The translations under genes were made by a program, and so were the position numbers. The notes below the pieces were generated by a model. That model did no database searches and was not told where the DNA came from. It saw nothing but the letters and a program-made list of their open reading frames with translations. DNA of 64,000 nucleotides from Octopus vulgaris (Eukaryota): the NCBI GenBank assembly GCA_951406725.2, contig OX597816.1:108810001-108874000 (forward strand), read 5' to 3'. Positions within the stretch are counted from its first letter, which is position 1. Every line of letters starts with the position of its first letter. Positions 13,554 through 27,586 of the stretch are shown here, piece after piece.

Positions 13554-13998
13554 CAACTACAACCACAATCAATTTATTGAGTTGAGTTTATGATAGGACC
13601 TCTAAATTTGATCTGATATAGAATTAGCAATGAAATCTCTCAAATCTTGCTTGAATCTGTCTTGAATAACAATAAGAGGATACATTAGATAATCTCTAGA
13701 ATGACAGGTTGGGCATGGTGGGAATACCTTTGATCATAGCTCTATTTTATTAGAGTGCACCTTGGGCTAAATAGCAGCAAACAAAAACGGGCATACAGAA
13801 ACAGACTGGATAATGAAAAAAAAAGTACAATAAGCCCAGACAACTGTACTGCACCATATACAATTAACCAGTGCATGTCAGAATGTGCAGTACTATTTTT
13901 GTTCAGACAGAAGTATGGTATATTCAAAGATTTGGTTCTGTGGATAACATTTTGTTAATTAATTAATGGTAGTCTCTAGAGACCAAGAAAGCTGATTC

Positions 13999-14415
13999 GT
14001 ATTTCTTTATTGCCCACAAGGGGCTAAACATAGAGGGAACCAACACGGACAGACAAAGGGATTAAGTCGATCATATAGACCCCAATGCGTAACTGGTACT
14101 TGATTTATCGACCCCGAAAGGATGAAAGGCAAAGTCAACCTTGGCGGAATTTGAACTCAGAACGTAACGGCAGACAAAATACCTGTTTCTTTATTACCCA
14201 CAAGGGGCTAAACATAGAGGGGACCAACAAGGACAGACAAAGGGATTAAGTCGATTATATCGATATCAGTGCGTAACTGGAACTTATTTAATCGACCCCG
14301 AAAGGATGAAAGCAAAGTCGACCTCGGTGGAATTTGAACTCAGAACGTAGCGGCAGACGGAATACCACCAAGCATTTCGCCCGGCGTGCTAACGATTCTG
14401 CCAGCTCGCCACCTA
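13999..14415 (-). mobile_element. Young family-B SINE with duplicated 3' ~185 bp, 19-bp TSD
   Basis: TSD AGACCAAGAAAG(C/A)TGATTC at 13980-13998 and 14416-14434; CpGs retained. Confidence 0.88.
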
Positions 14416-16386
14416 AGACCAAGAAAGATGATTCTACAATTTTTTGCTGAACACCCTGCTCAAATGATTTGCTTATAGTGATCAAATGTTTGTGTTGCTC
14501 ATTTGCTCACTCCTTTCATCAAGTCAGTCTTATCTGAACAGCTGCATGGTGTGCTGTATGGCAGATATTGAAGTGATGGAAGAGCAATGAGAGATGAAGT
14601 ATTTTGCTCAAGAACACAACACATTGCCAAGTCTGGGAAATGAGCCACAATTTCGAGATTGTGAATGCAGCACTCTAACCACTAGGCCACGTGACTTCAC
14701 ATGTAGTTTATTAATAAAGGGATTGATAATCCACATACCACAGGTCACCTGGCCTGAGGCTGCATAATAGCAACAGTAACAACAATGGCAGTAGTAGCAG
14801 CAGTAGTAACAACAGCAACAATAACAACAACAGCAACTCTTCATGGACATATCAAGCATAAGACTAATTAAATAAACCATCGCTCACCAAGACAATAGTT
14901 TTTAATTATCTGTTGCTCTGTTCCTTTCTCTCTTTTTCCATTGCTATTGAACTATGAAACCCCAGCAAAGATTATTAATTATATATACAATGCAGTCAAT
15001 ATAGTAATTCCATCGACCAAATTCCACTCACAGTGCATTGGTCAACTCAACACCGAGGCTCTGCACTTATCCAAGGTGTCACAGAGGGAGAGTGAATCCA
15101 GAATCAGGCAGTTGTGAAGCAAGCTTTTTAACAACACTTATTCTTATATATATTCTGCAATAGACTCTTTTCTTTTGAATCACTGGATATATAGTTACTT
15201 CATCTGAATGCACCTAGTTACATCCAATTTTTCTCTTCTTTTCAACATTATCACCCCACATACTTTCTTTGCCCGCTAAAACCTCATTCTAAATGCTTTA
15301 CCAGTGTCCTTCTTTTTGCAGAATAAAACAAATCCTGATGTAGTCATGTCCTTCATGCTGAACCAAATAGCTTACAATTATTCAATTGTTTCAAAATTCA
15401 GCACAAGGTAAGTTATTTTGTGGGAGGATAATAGTTGATTACACCATCCTCAGTACTTGTGTGGTTCATTTTATTTTATCAATCCTGGATGGATGAAGGT
15501 AAAATTGGGCCATGGCAGTATTTGAACCTATGATGTAAAGAGTCAGAACTGATGCTGAACATTTTGTCCAGCACAGTAATGATTCTGTTAGCTTTCCACC
15601 TTTTATAATTAGCTTCAAATTTTGGCACAAGGTCAGAAATTTTTAATTTGACCTTGTTAGAATTTGCACTGAGAATGTAAAGATAGACAAAATGCTGCTA
15701 AGAATTTTGCCTGATGTGCTAATGATTCTGTTAGCTCACTGCCTTATTCATATATCTCATAATAATCCAAAGTAAGCATTTACTAATCTCCCTAACTTTA
15801 TTCTAGTTGTTTCTGGTCCTCAGTTTAAGGGAACCTGGGAAAAGCAGACAGTAGCATACATAAATACATACATTTCTTCAGAACAAGAAGATACTAATAA
15901 TTAACCCTTTACAAAACTCAGGTAAGACCCAAAATGGAATATTGCTTTCACATCTGATAACATCTGAAAATTAGTCATCCAATTGACTGGTATGAAGTTA
16001 TTTACCAATATATCCCGATTTCTGGCCCACAGGTGTCATGTCTCCTTTCTTTGATTTTTTCCACATCTACCACAGTGGCTTCTGCTCCTTAGTCTGGTTG
16101 GTTTCATGTCACCTTAACTCAGGCACTCATGATTCCCACATCGCTCTCCTATTCATCAGCCATATTGTGTCCAACAGCCCATCTGAAGCCTAGCACTAAA
16201 ATTTATGCCCAGGTTTTCCTTCAGAGGGTGTTGGCCCTTTTGAATCTCTTCTCATCAATTTACAACCATTCAAGAGGAACATATTCTATGTTGTTCTCAT
16301 TGACCCCAGAGGTTTTGTGAAAGCTATGGATATAGCCCCTTTCCCCAGACCAAACCAATATAAAAAGTATGTACATAGTAAACATC

Positions 16387-16430
<44 letters not shown>

Positions 16431-16771
16431 CACACACTATATCTAGATGCAGTAGCCATCTCACAAAAGTCATGTCACTATCTTTATACATGTTCTATTC
16501 ATGTCGTAATTCAATATCAAATAATGTCAAATAATTGTGAAACTCCACCATCTTTTCAAGCCACACCACTTAACAATGGTGTAATAAATCCTGATTGATT
16601 TCAGGTAGTATTTACCAAACTCTCAGCTTAAGGCTTCCTTGCTAAACAGATTAGTGCACTAACCTGTTTCAGTGAGAGAACAATTGAGAATACTGGCTTG
16701 AATAAATAAATATATGCAGGTATAGAAACTTTGGATATGTGGGCTAGATATGTATGTGTATGTATATGTGT

Positions 16772-16820
<49 letters not shown>

Positions 16821-16961
16821 TGCGCACGTGCATGTGTGTGTGCATGTGTATGTATGTATGTGCTCCAATATAAGAATGTATTGACACAACCTTCATGTGC
16901 TAGTTCTAAAAAAAAGGAACATACACACATATATATTTATATATATAAATACATACATACA

Positions 16962-17001
<40 letters not shown>

Positions 17002-17093
17002 CATACATACATACATATATATATATATATGTTTATATATATATATATATCTTCATATATATATATATATACATACATACATACATACATACA

Positions 17094-17128
<35 letters not shown>

Positions 17129-17814
17129 GTTTATATATATAAGGGAAAATTCACCAAAAGAATGATGACTTGATTGTCAGTTTGAAAGCATTTTTATTTA
17201 TTTATGTTCTTAAATTATTAATCTATGAAAGAAAGTCAGATGCCTTTTGTCCCAAGAGAAATAAGTATTCTTTACTAGATATAAGCACTGTAGTGTATTA
17301 GTAATGTATCTATGTTTTTGTGAGTGGTTAGACCTGTATTTGCAGAAGTTGCAGAAGTTAATAACAGGACTGTATCAATAATTGATGAATAAATTTATCA
17401 GTTGAAATAGCATAAAGCAAGCAAATTCAGCAATTGTTAATCAGGGGACAAAGATTGTAGATAGTTGTTTAAACCCATATCACCCTTGGTAAGGCAAATC
17501 TACGAACCATTTATAACTATCCAATCTTTTCACACAGGGCTTTCCTCACATATTATTCTGTCATTCCCCTTTTGTTTCTTAAAGATGGTAGGGTATGATT
17601 TGAGAGGGATTTGGTTACTATTTCTATCTGATGCAATGACCATGTAAAGGTTTTCTTGTTGGCTAATAGCAGTTGTAGAGTAAATTGGAGTTGTGTAGTC
17701 CACATCTTTTCCAAGCTAAATGGAATAGTTTGAATATGAATTGAAACTGTTTTCTGACTCTCTTCACCAAGACTGTACTTTTTGTTCTATAGTACTCTTT
17801 CAATACTCTTTTCT

Positions 17815-18015
17815 TTAACATTTAAACCAGCCAATTCAGCCCAAATTATTTTACCTGTTTTATGTTCAAACTAACCAGATCCAACCTCTCATACTTATGC
17901 TACAATGTCATTCTAACAATAAATATTCACATAACTGAAATTTCGAAGCTATGAGATAATGCATGATTAATTTCAAAAGACTGTTGACAGAATAGTCTGA
18001 ATACTAAAGGATTAA
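17815..18015. mobile_element. TTAA-flanked piggyBac-type MITE (~200-220 bp)
   Basis: Homologous to 21410-21638 and 58775-58990; ends resemble TTAACCCTTTAGCATT...AATGCTAAAGGGTTAA. Confidence 0.6.
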
Positions 18016-19696
18016 TCAAACTGGGAGAAAAAAGAAGTCTCTAATTTGAAGATGTATTTTGTACTATTTTGTGTACCAGTGCATCAGACAAAATGCTTAA
18101 TATCATTTCTTCAAGCTCTTTACATTCTGAGTTCAAATCTCACAAAGGGTAAACTTTGTCTTTCAACCTATCAAAGTTGATAAAATAAAGTACTGATCAA
18201 GGACTGGTGTTGATGCAATCAGCTTGTTTCTTTCAGTCAAAATTGCTGGCCTTGTGCGAAAATTAGAAAAACTTGTTTTTTACTGTTTTAGTGCTTTCTC
18301 CCAATATTTTCTTTTCATATCACACTGATTAAGAAATGTGTACATTCTTTGATGAATAGGATGATGAAGAACAGTTTGTTGCTCACTTTAGTCAATAACA
18401 ACAAAGCATTAGAAAAATAGGACAAATAGCAAATGAGCAATATAGAAGTTAGTGTCAACATATTTTATGCTGGTAGAATTAAAAAGGCAACAAATCATAA
18501 TTATCTGGTATAAAAAAAAAGCAAAAAAAAGCAAGAACAAACAAGAGAAAATAACATTAGTCAACAACTAAAGGTATTGTAATTATTTCAGTAGGAGATA
18601 ATTCTGAACAAATTTCAGTCTTAATCTGACCTTATCAATGAAGCATAAATTTCATATTATTTGATAAAGAAGTGGTGTGAAAATCACTAAATCAATTTAA
18701 AAGATATCACACTAGTTGGCATAGGGAACAAATAACTCAGGGCTACCATCTGCATCAAAAACACCAGTTCCCTATATAATTATTCCTAATTTAGTTCTTT
18801 TAATGCTCCCTGCATTAAACTTGCTAACATTAATTTAATTATAGCTTTTCATGTAGATAGTTTCTCTCAATTAAATAAAAATTTTACACACAATTTTTTT
18901 TAATGACTAAAAATGTCTTAGGTACAGGTATAGCTCTGAGGTTTAGAAGCTCACTCCACAACCATGTGGTTTTGAGTTCAGTCCCACTTTGTGGAACTTT
19001 GAGCTAGTGCCGTCTATTATAATCTTGATTGATCAGTGAGTGGATTTAGTAGATGGAAACTAAATGGAAGCCTGTTGTACATGAATGTATGTATGTATGT
19101 CTCTTTTATTTTTTAATTATTATAAATCTTTGAGGAAGGAGCCGGTTTCCAACAAAGATACAAAGCTCCATCATTGGGATGTAGTTAACACAGACAAATT
19201 CACATTTGGAACTTAAAAAAGTCTTGCATATTTTTACTCTCCCACTCACAGATTGCGCTTGTAGTGTATGAATTAGCCAGTCAATTTCTCTTCTGAAAAT
19301 CCCAGTTTATCCAGATGTGTGTGTGTGTGTGTGCAGAAAAAGCGCTGTTAGTGTAAGAACATTATTTAAAAAAAAATCATTATGAGGTTGATTTTATTGA
19401 CTAAACTCTTAGGGCCAGGGTGTCAGAAATGATTGCAGTTCAGTGACTGAAGTTGGTACAAGAGAAAAAGAGCAAGTGATCCTTGAGAGTAACTAACATT
19501 CAAATAGACACTCTGAAGTGCTGCATTGCATAAAGACTACAGTAGAACAACAGGCAGACATCATAGAGGCAGCAAGCTAACAACTGAATGGAATTTCCAT
19601 AACAATTAAAACCCACCAACAACCTAAATAAAACGAGAGTTGAGTTCTATTTGCAGTTATTTTATTTGTATCTGGTGTCATAATTGTTCTTTAATT

Positions 19697-19762
19697 TTAC
19701 AGCTTTTTTCCCTTTAATTTCTGGCCTTTATGCTTGCAGAATTCTTTAAATATCACCCCAAT
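19697..19762 (-). CDS. Candidate terminal coding exon (IGVIFKEFCKHKGQKLKGKKL*)
   Basis: CACTTACAG acceptor; phase-0 frame ends in TAA; AATAAA about 30 nt downstream. The polypyrimidine tract is poor, so this is tentative. Confidence 0.3.
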   Translation of the reverse strand: MGVIFKEFCKHKGQKLKGKKL

Positions 19763-20401
19763 CTGTAAGTGCATTGCTAAGTATATGCAGTCACAATTTT
19801 TATGCAATTAACAAATGTCAAGTTATCACCATCGTTATCCATAATTTAATGTCTGTTTTCTTTATGCTGACATGGAGCTAGATGGTTCGACAGGATCTAA
19901 GAAGTTGGCAGACCATGCCAAACACTAATGTGTGATTTGGGGTGATTTCTATTCCTAGATGCCCTTCCTAATTCCAACCACTTTAGGGAGTATACTGGGT
20001 CCTTTTTATTGTGGCACCAGCACTAGTGAGGTCACCCATTAACTTGCAAGACTAAAGTAAATTAAATTAAAAACTCTGTATCTTGCTTGTTGGCTTACTT
20101 CATGCTCTTGCTTGCTGGGACTGAGGTCATCCTAGGCTAGTAGTCCAGAGATGTCATTGTACATATAGCCAACCAAGTCAATCAGTGTTCCCCATCGTTG
20201 GCAGTCCCATGTCTGCCCCTCGGCATTCTCAATCTTATTTTTTTGTTCACAAAATAATTTTGTAAAAAAAAAAAACCCTAACTTTTTTGCAAAAAAAAAC
20301 CTAACCCATATATTGGGGCTGATCTGTGGTTAAACAACAACTACTACTTCTGCGGCTTTACAGAAAAACAAATTTACATAGAACTCTAATATCTGTGAGT
20401 G

Positions 20402-20934
20402 GAATTCTGGCTTAAGTACCCCATATAATCCCTCATAATTTTTATATTTTTTGGAATTTTCAAAAAGATTTTGTGAATTTGTATTCTATACATGAGATCT
20501 CATACTTATGAAAAAACAATTTGTAAAAAAAATTTTATAACCCCACCTCCCTCATAAATCCTAAAAGTTCCACTATTATGAAATTAAAAAAAAATTAGTG
20601 TTTAAAATACAGTTTGAATTTTTTGCTTAAACCACAGCAATGGACCACTTTTTGGGGCATCATCATTCCATTAAATGTGTTCCTTGGGAGAAAAATATTG
20701 AAAAACATCAATACATGTTAGAGTGACAATGAAATGAAGAAGGTATCAGGTGGTCATGAATTGTGTTAGAAATAACAGCTAAATCGCTCTTAAATCACAC
20801 ACACAAAATAATCTTTTTTAATATATATAATTGTATGAGTTCCCATGTAGAATACAAATTCGCAATAATTTTCTGAAAATTCCAAAAAAAAAAAAAATTA
20901 TGAGGCATTATATCGGGTGCTTAATCCAGAATTC
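20402..20934. mobile_element. MITE/foldback-like element with ~103 bp terminal inverted repeats
   Basis: 20402-20505 is the imperfect reverse complement of 20833-20934. Confidence 0.75.
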
Positions 20935-21232
20935 TGTCTTTCTGTGTATTTCATTGTAAGAAAAATTTAGTGGGAGTATAAAAAAACCAAAAAAACATAG
21001 CAATAAATAAATAAAAGAAGGAAAGAAAAGAAAAATCCTTCTTATATAAGCAAATAACAAAACGTTGAATGGTAATTACATTAAAGATTTTGTTGGTTTT
21101 TTTTCTAAGGATTGGAGGGAACAAAAAAATATGCATAAAAATAAAAATAAACTGAAAATAATTCCAAATATTACTTGGTTTTTATTGTAATTATTGTTTT
21201 CAAAATACATGTATATACATATATATATTTAC

Positions 21233-21358
21233 CTTTTTAACAGCTGAGTATTCCTCTTCTAGCTTCCTATAGTCGTTTTTGTAGCTTGAAATAGCTAATT
21301 CCTTTGTATTGGCATCGTATTGTAAAGTGTTTATTTTTTTCTGCAACTGCGTATTTTC
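21233..21358 (-). CDS. Coiled-coil protein gene, exon 9 (ENTQLQKKINTLQ...EEEYSAVKK)
   Basis: TTTATTTATGAAG acceptor; 126 nt, phase 0-0; AAG|GTAAAT donor. Confidence 0.88.
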
Positions 21359-21409
21359 CTTCATAAATAAACAAATAAGCAAATATAAGCACGGTTTATC
21401 AGTTTATGT

Positions 21410-21638
21410 TTAACCCATTAGCATTTAAACCACCCATATCCAGTACAAATATTCTGCCTGTTTTATATTCAGACCAGCTAGATCTGGCCCCTCACACTTG
21501 TTCTACAATGTCATTCTGAAAATAAACTATCTTATCATTGAAATCTTGAAGCTATGAGATAATGCATGATTAGTTAAAAGCGATGTAAACAAATAAGCCT
21601 CACATTCAACAGAGTAATCTGAATGCTTACTGGGTTTA
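21410..21638. mobile_element. TTAA-flanked piggyBac-type MITE
   Basis: Begins TTAACCCATTAGCATT and ends AATGCTTACTGGGTTT; repeated elsewhere in the window. Confidence 0.65.
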
Positions 21639-22344
21639 CTAGAAAAGACAATAAGGTATTGATGAATTGGTAAAGTCTAATAGAGTATCAGGCAAGACTG
21701 CCTTGTGGTTTGGTTTTTATTCTGGTTCTCTGAGTTCTGATATGATTTCAAATTCCATTGAGACCAACTTTGCCTTTCCTCATTTCAAAGTTGACAAATT
21801 AAAAAAAAAAAAAAAAAAATACCAGTCAAATATTGTAGTGGAATTTCCTTCCACCTCTCTTTATCTCTTTTACTTTCTCACAATTGACTACTTGGCTTTG
21901 AAGCAAGAAGTTTGCTTCCCAACCACATGGGTTGGGAAGCAACCCATTGGGTTCAGTCCTGATGCATGGCACCTTGAGTAAGAGCTTTCTAGTATAGTCC
22001 CAGTCTATCCAAGGCTTTATGAGTGGTTTTAGTCGTTGGAAATTGAAAGATGCCTGTTGTATATATGTATACATAAATATATATTGATGTCATTACTATA
22101 TACAGTCATTGAGTCTCATTCATGTACCAAACATAAGTACAAGGTCACAAATCTTGCAGTGAGGGCTTCATTGATTAGATGTTTATAAGTTTACAAACAG
22201 TGACCCTTGGAGTCAGCTTTTGTAAACTTCTAAAAACATCCAATTATTAAAGTGAAAATATTATCAGAAAAGCCATTTCTATTCATTTTTTCAAATATAT
22301 AATACTGTACCAAGGATTTTCTGTTTCTTATTCTGCTATATATA

Positions 22345-23085
22345 TATTTTTTGTAGTTTCAGCTCAGACTGTGGCACCGCCGTTTTGCTACACTGTTATT
22401 ACTGAGAGCCTTCTCTATGTGGCACTTGGTGAAGAATGGAGCTTGACGTCACTACCCTCATTTGCACGTCTTGCCGTGAGGTAGGTTCATCTGGGACTCT
22501 CGACAGGAAGAGGTCCAGTTATGATTTGAAAACACCTACACACACTTTGTGTAGGTTCCTCAGGTGCTTTGGGAGAATATTAAATAGCTGTGGGGCTCTG
22601 AAACCCAGGCTGTTGCAGTAACTGGTCCTGAAGTGTGATGGCATTGCTGGGATCTTTGACACTGTGCAGCATCGACCTGTTCTGGCATTGGTGTAGCTTT
22701 GAAAGCCAAAATTTGGCACAATTCCTTCCAGGATCTTCCAGATGTATATTACTGCATACCTCTCCTGCCTTCGCTCCAGGGAGTAGAGTCTTAGCTGTTT
22801 TAGCCTTTCCCAGAAGCTGAAATGTTGCAATGAGATGATCTTCTTTGTGAAGCTTCGCTGGATTGCTTCAAGGTCCGCTGTTAATTTTACACTATTGGGT
22901 GACCAAAGCTGGGAGCAGTAATCCAGGTGGCTGAGGACAAATGTCCTCCATAGGACCATCATGGTTTCCTTATCTCTGGTTCTGAATGTTTTCAGGATCC
23001 ATCCAGCCAGTCATCTGCAATTTGTCACCATCCTGGTAATGTGCACTTGGAAAGAAGTATCATCACTCATGTCGATACCCAGCTC
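22345..23085 (-). mobile_element. CR1/L2-like LINE 3' fragment
   Basis: ORF 22519..22962 has LWRTFVLSHLDYCSQLWSP...LEAIQRSFTK...LYSLERRQER, the post-RT domain of CR1/L2/jockey-group LINEs; A-rich tail near 22345. Confidence 0.85.
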
Positions 23086-24037
23086 CCTGTGGCATGTAAA
23101 AAGCACTATCCGAATGTGATTGATGCCGGGGCTGCCTGACTGGCTTCTGTGCTGGTGGCATATAAATAGCACCCACTACACTCTTGGAGTGGTTGGTGTT
23201 AGGAAGGGCTTCCAGCTGTAGAAACATTGGAGTCTGGTGCAGCTGTTGGCTTTCCAGACATCAGTCAAACCGTCCAACCTATGCCAGTATTGAAAACAGA
23301 CGTTAAACAATGATGATGGTGATAATGATGATGATACACACACACACACACATATAGATCTACTTCCCTGTAACTTTGCAGTTTTCCCACATCACTGCTT
23401 GACAACCAGTGTTGGTTTGTTTATGTCACCATAACTTAGCAGTTTGGCATAAGTGATTGCTAGAATAAGTACCAGATTTAAAAACATATAAAAACTGGGG
23501 TTGATTCATTTGACTGAAACCTTTCGAAAACCAGCATGGCCACAGTCCAATGACAGAAACAAGTAAAAAGATAATTAAAGATAAAATACCCTGCAAAATG
23601 ATGCCTTGCAAAAACCAAAAAAAAACCAAAAACAAAAAAAAAAAAACCGGATAACGACACACAATCATTGTGCTGAGCTAGGAAATTTCCATGACATGTA
23701 CTAAGTATTTGTCAAAGAACTGACCAGGGATCATCAATTAGAAGACACTATGGACAATAAATACAAGCATGGAATTATGGTTCATTTACTTTGTTGTTGT
23801 TACAAATGTAACGTTTTTTAAAAATCATAATTTTGAATAGATTTTAGCATCAGTTCATTTTGATTTCTTTCCTAGTAGAAAGATTCAAGTACAGTTACTT
23901 GCTCATGTGCCAAACATAAGTACAAGGCCACAAGTCTTGTAGTGAAGGCTTCATTGATTGAATCAAATTTAGTAATTGACTTATAGATATTTCATTTATC
24001 CAAGAAGGACGAAAACCAAAGCCAGTCTCAGTGTGAC

Positions 24038-24268
24038 TTAATTCTTTTGATATCAACCTACTTGAGACTGCCCTTGGTTCTATGATACCAACACTCTGTT
24101 TTGAAATGATCAGAAATTAAAATCTTCCATCAAAATTTCATGTTAATTTATGTTCTGAACACTAACTTAATAAATATCAAAGTTATTTTTTGCTAAATTC
24201 TTGTTATTTTCAAAAGTAACTGAAACAAAGGCAAGGTGTTTCAGAAATATGGTAAGAAAAGAGTTAAA
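24038..24268. mobile_element. Second TTAA-flanked MITE family
   Basis: TTAATTCTTTTGATATC...GGTAAGAAAAGAGTTAA imperfect TIRs. Confidence 0.5.
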
Positions 24269-25865
24269 CTCATAATATAAAGGGATGTAACTCAATTCTT
24301 TTAATATGTTCTAACTGCTGCTCTAATAGCTTAGCTGCTCATTATTCTAAACATAACAGTTTCTGATTTTGATACTAGGCCAGTAATTTTAGAAGGGAGG
24401 GACAAATCTATTACATTGACCTCAGTGTTTGACAGGTGGTTTATTTTATTGCCTTGAAAGCTTGAAAGAATAAAAAGTAAAGTCAACTGCAGTGGAATTT
24501 GAACTTAGATTGTAAAGAACCTGAAGAAATGCTGCTAAGCACTTTTTGTGACGTGCTAAGATTCTGCCAGCTCATCACCTGCCATTAGTCTAAACAAAGC
24601 CTGAAATTTTAGGAGAGGGGCAAAAATGCATTTGCACCAAAAGCCAATATGAGAGTTTCTCTCATGGTATCTGCTACAGTATAGCTTGTTCTAATAGAAC
24701 ATCCACATTTAAGCGGGTATAGATATTTTCTCTCAGCATTTATTAGCGACTTTCTCTGTCGCTAATATATTTTTTGATGTCATTAACGTTTCTCTCAACC
24801 CTTTGTAAGTCAATAACTATAGGAAAGATATGAGCAAAGAGGAAATTCAGAGGAATGATGTTTGGGGAAGGAAGGACTGAGCGTAGTGATTAGTATGGAG
24901 CTCATGGGGTTGGACACAAGAAGGCAGTGAAAGGAAGAGAGACAAGTAAGACAGGAAGGCCTGAGTAAAGGTATGAAACCAGTTAGCTCCAAAGGGCAGA
25001 GGCAGTTATAGTAGCAGTAGAAAAGGCAGAGAAAGGAAACGGCATGTAAATAGGGAAAGGCCTGAAGTATGTTTGTGAGTGACTTTATGCCAATCAATTG
25101 TAAGTCTCTTTTCTGGATGTAGTTTAGGATGTCTGTGTGAGTTGTTGTCATCATTATTATCAGTCATTGATGTCATAGTTATCGTCATCATTGTTGTCGT
25201 TGTTGTCAGCAGCAGCATCTTAGCTGTTAGAGCAATACTCTGTTTCCACTGAGTGTTTCACCTAAGATGTGCACAGTATCAATAATTGTAAAATATCAAT
25301 TGTAAACTCTGAAAAGGTAAAAACCAAAAAGAGTTTGCCATGGTTTCTATTTTAGGTAGAAGACCAGCAGTTTTTGAGGGAAAGGAGTTAGCTTGATACC
25401 ATTAATTCTACTACTTGACTGGTACTTTATTTTATTGACCCTAGACAGATGAAAGGAGGGTCAACCATAGCAGGATTTGAACTTAAAGCATAAAGACTCA
25501 GAAGAAATATCATACAGTATTTTTTCAAATGCTCAGACAAATCTACAGAGTCACTGTCTTAATCGAACAAGATAATAATGGTTTCAAATTTTGGCATAGG
25601 GTCAGCAGTTTATGAAGAGAGGGGGAAATCAATTACATTGACCCCAGTTCTTGACTGGTACTTACTTTGTTAATCTTGAAAGGATGAAAGGTAGAGTTGA
25701 GCTCAATGGCATTTGAATTCAGAATGTAAAACCAAAAGAAATGCCATTAAGCATTTTGTCTGGTGCAGTAATGATTCTGCCAGCTCACTGCCTTAAACAA
25801 GATAATTATTATTATTATTATTATTATTATTATGATGATGATGATGATAACAACGACGACAACGA

Positions 25866-26235
25866 TGATGCAGTACCAGGCAGTGGCTCTCATGGCTTCT
25901 AATCTTAACTGACAGGAAGTGTTATCATGTACTTTGGAGCTTGAATGATTAACCTCTGGAAACATGGGTGTTTCATTCAACATCCTTAAATATCTCTTAT
26001 TCAGAGACATTTTGAGTGGGATGGGCTACTCAACCTGAAGAAAATTCTAACTGGGCACCACCTACAAGGTCATATGCTGTTTATCTTGATATGAAATCAC
26101 CATGTCGCACACATATGGTTGTGATGCATGTGCCTTGTGTTCCCTTTACCAGACGGATAGACATGATGGACATATAGGGCTTTGTATATTTGTACCCCAG
26201 TGTCACTTTGATGGCATTCACTGCTCTCTTGCACA
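25866..26235 (+). mobile_element. Family D element, internally deleted
   Basis: Matches both ends of 6331-6890 with about 200 bp missing. Confidence 0.8.
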
Positions 26236-26261
26236 ATAATAATAACAACAACAACAACAAT

Positions 26262-26745
26262 AATTCAGACAAAGATCATGTCTCCTCATTGATATGGCTG
26301 TCCCAATCGATATAAATGTATCTGTCAAGACCTACCAAAAACTGAGCCAGTATAAAGATCTTGAAATAGAAATTAACAAAATGTGGAACCTGAAGACTAA
26401 AACAATATCTGTTGTCATAGGTGCCCTAGGAATGATAGCAAAGGGGCTGATTGCTACCTTGCTCAGATACCAGGAAACCCCAAAATGGCAGAAATTCAAA
26501 AAATAGTGCTCATGGGAACTGCTCATATCCTATGCAAAATACTTTCTATGTAATCTCAAGTTTTAAAACAAACACATCATTTTCTTATGGTTTCTTAAAC
26601 ATTCACTAGTACAACACTTTGTACAAAACCAAATATATGGCACCCTAGGCATAACACCAACATTAACTTCCAACTTGTTGTCTCTTGAGGTCTCCGGGTG
26701 AGATTTGGAGCCAACTTGTACAAATGTAAAGTAAAAGTCAAACAT
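26262..26745 (+). mobile_element. R4/Dong-like non-LTR retrotransposon 3' end (restriction-like endonuclease remnant)
   Basis: LIDMAVPIDINVSVKTYQKLSQYKDLEIEINKMWNLKTKTISVVIGALG matches the RLE motif (D..P...K..KY..L...IGALG); flanked by AAT/AAC repeats, the known Dong target. Confidence 0.8.
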
Positions 26746-26788
26746 AAAATAACAATAATAATAATAACAACCATAGCAATAAACAAAC

Positions 26789-26956
26789 CTTAATCAATTC
26801 TTCTTTACTGGTATTTATATCGTGAAGCTTTAGCTTCTCTCCATTTAACTCTTCCTGAAACAAATCTTTTTCTGTACGTATGACTGCTAATTGTGATTGT
26901 AAGTCTGACAGAGAATTCTCACAGTGTTTCAACTGTTTTGAAATGAGTTCTTTATC
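26789..26956 (-). CDS. Coiled-coil protein gene, exon 8 (DKELISKQLKHCE...SKEELIK)
   Basis: CTCTATTTAG acceptor; 168 nt, phase 0-0; AAG|GTTTGT donor. Confidence 0.88.
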
Positions 26957-27356
26957 CTAAATAGAGGGAATAACAGAAAATTGAGAGAAAGAACACATAT
27001 GTTCTAATGTTTAGATGTATCTTCCTTACATAAGGGGGACAGATTATACAATAAACAATGCTATTCTTTACTACAGAGTAAAACCATCATAATTTCATGA
27101 AGTTTGGAAAATTGTATGCCTTTTTTTTCACTCTTTATACCCACACTCATTGGAAACACTGTTCTAGGCCATGTTGAAGAGAAAATGATTGTCAAAGACT
27201 GGCACTCTGTTGGTTATGATGACTAGAGTTCCAGTTGATATGATCAACAGAACAGCCTGCTCATGAAATTAAGATGCAAGTGGCTGAGTACTCTACAGAC
27301 GCATGTACTCTTGATGTAGTTCTCAGAGAGAATCAGGGTGACACAGAATGTGACAA

Positions 27357-27586
27357 AGGTGGCAAGCTGGCAGAACGTTAGCATGCCGGGCAAAATGCTT
27401 AGCAGTATTTTGTTTGCCGCTACATTCTGAGTTCAAATTTCGCCGAGGTTGACTTTGCCTTTCATCCTTTTGGGGTCGATAAATTAAGTACCAGTTATGC
27501 ACTGGGGTCGATGTAATCATCTTAATCCCTTTGTCATCCTTGTCTGTCCCCTCTATGTTTAGCCCCTTGTGGGTAACAAAGAAATA
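27357..27586 (+). mobile_element. Young family-B SINE with 12-bp TSD, nested in an older minus-strand SINE
   Basis: TSD AGAATGTGACAA at 27345-27356 and 27587-27598. Confidence 0.88.

Noticed and set aside
22095-23960. ~75 bp similarity between 22100-22178 and 23890-23960
   Set aside because: Short, diverged and SINE-tail derived; not enough to claim a structured element.
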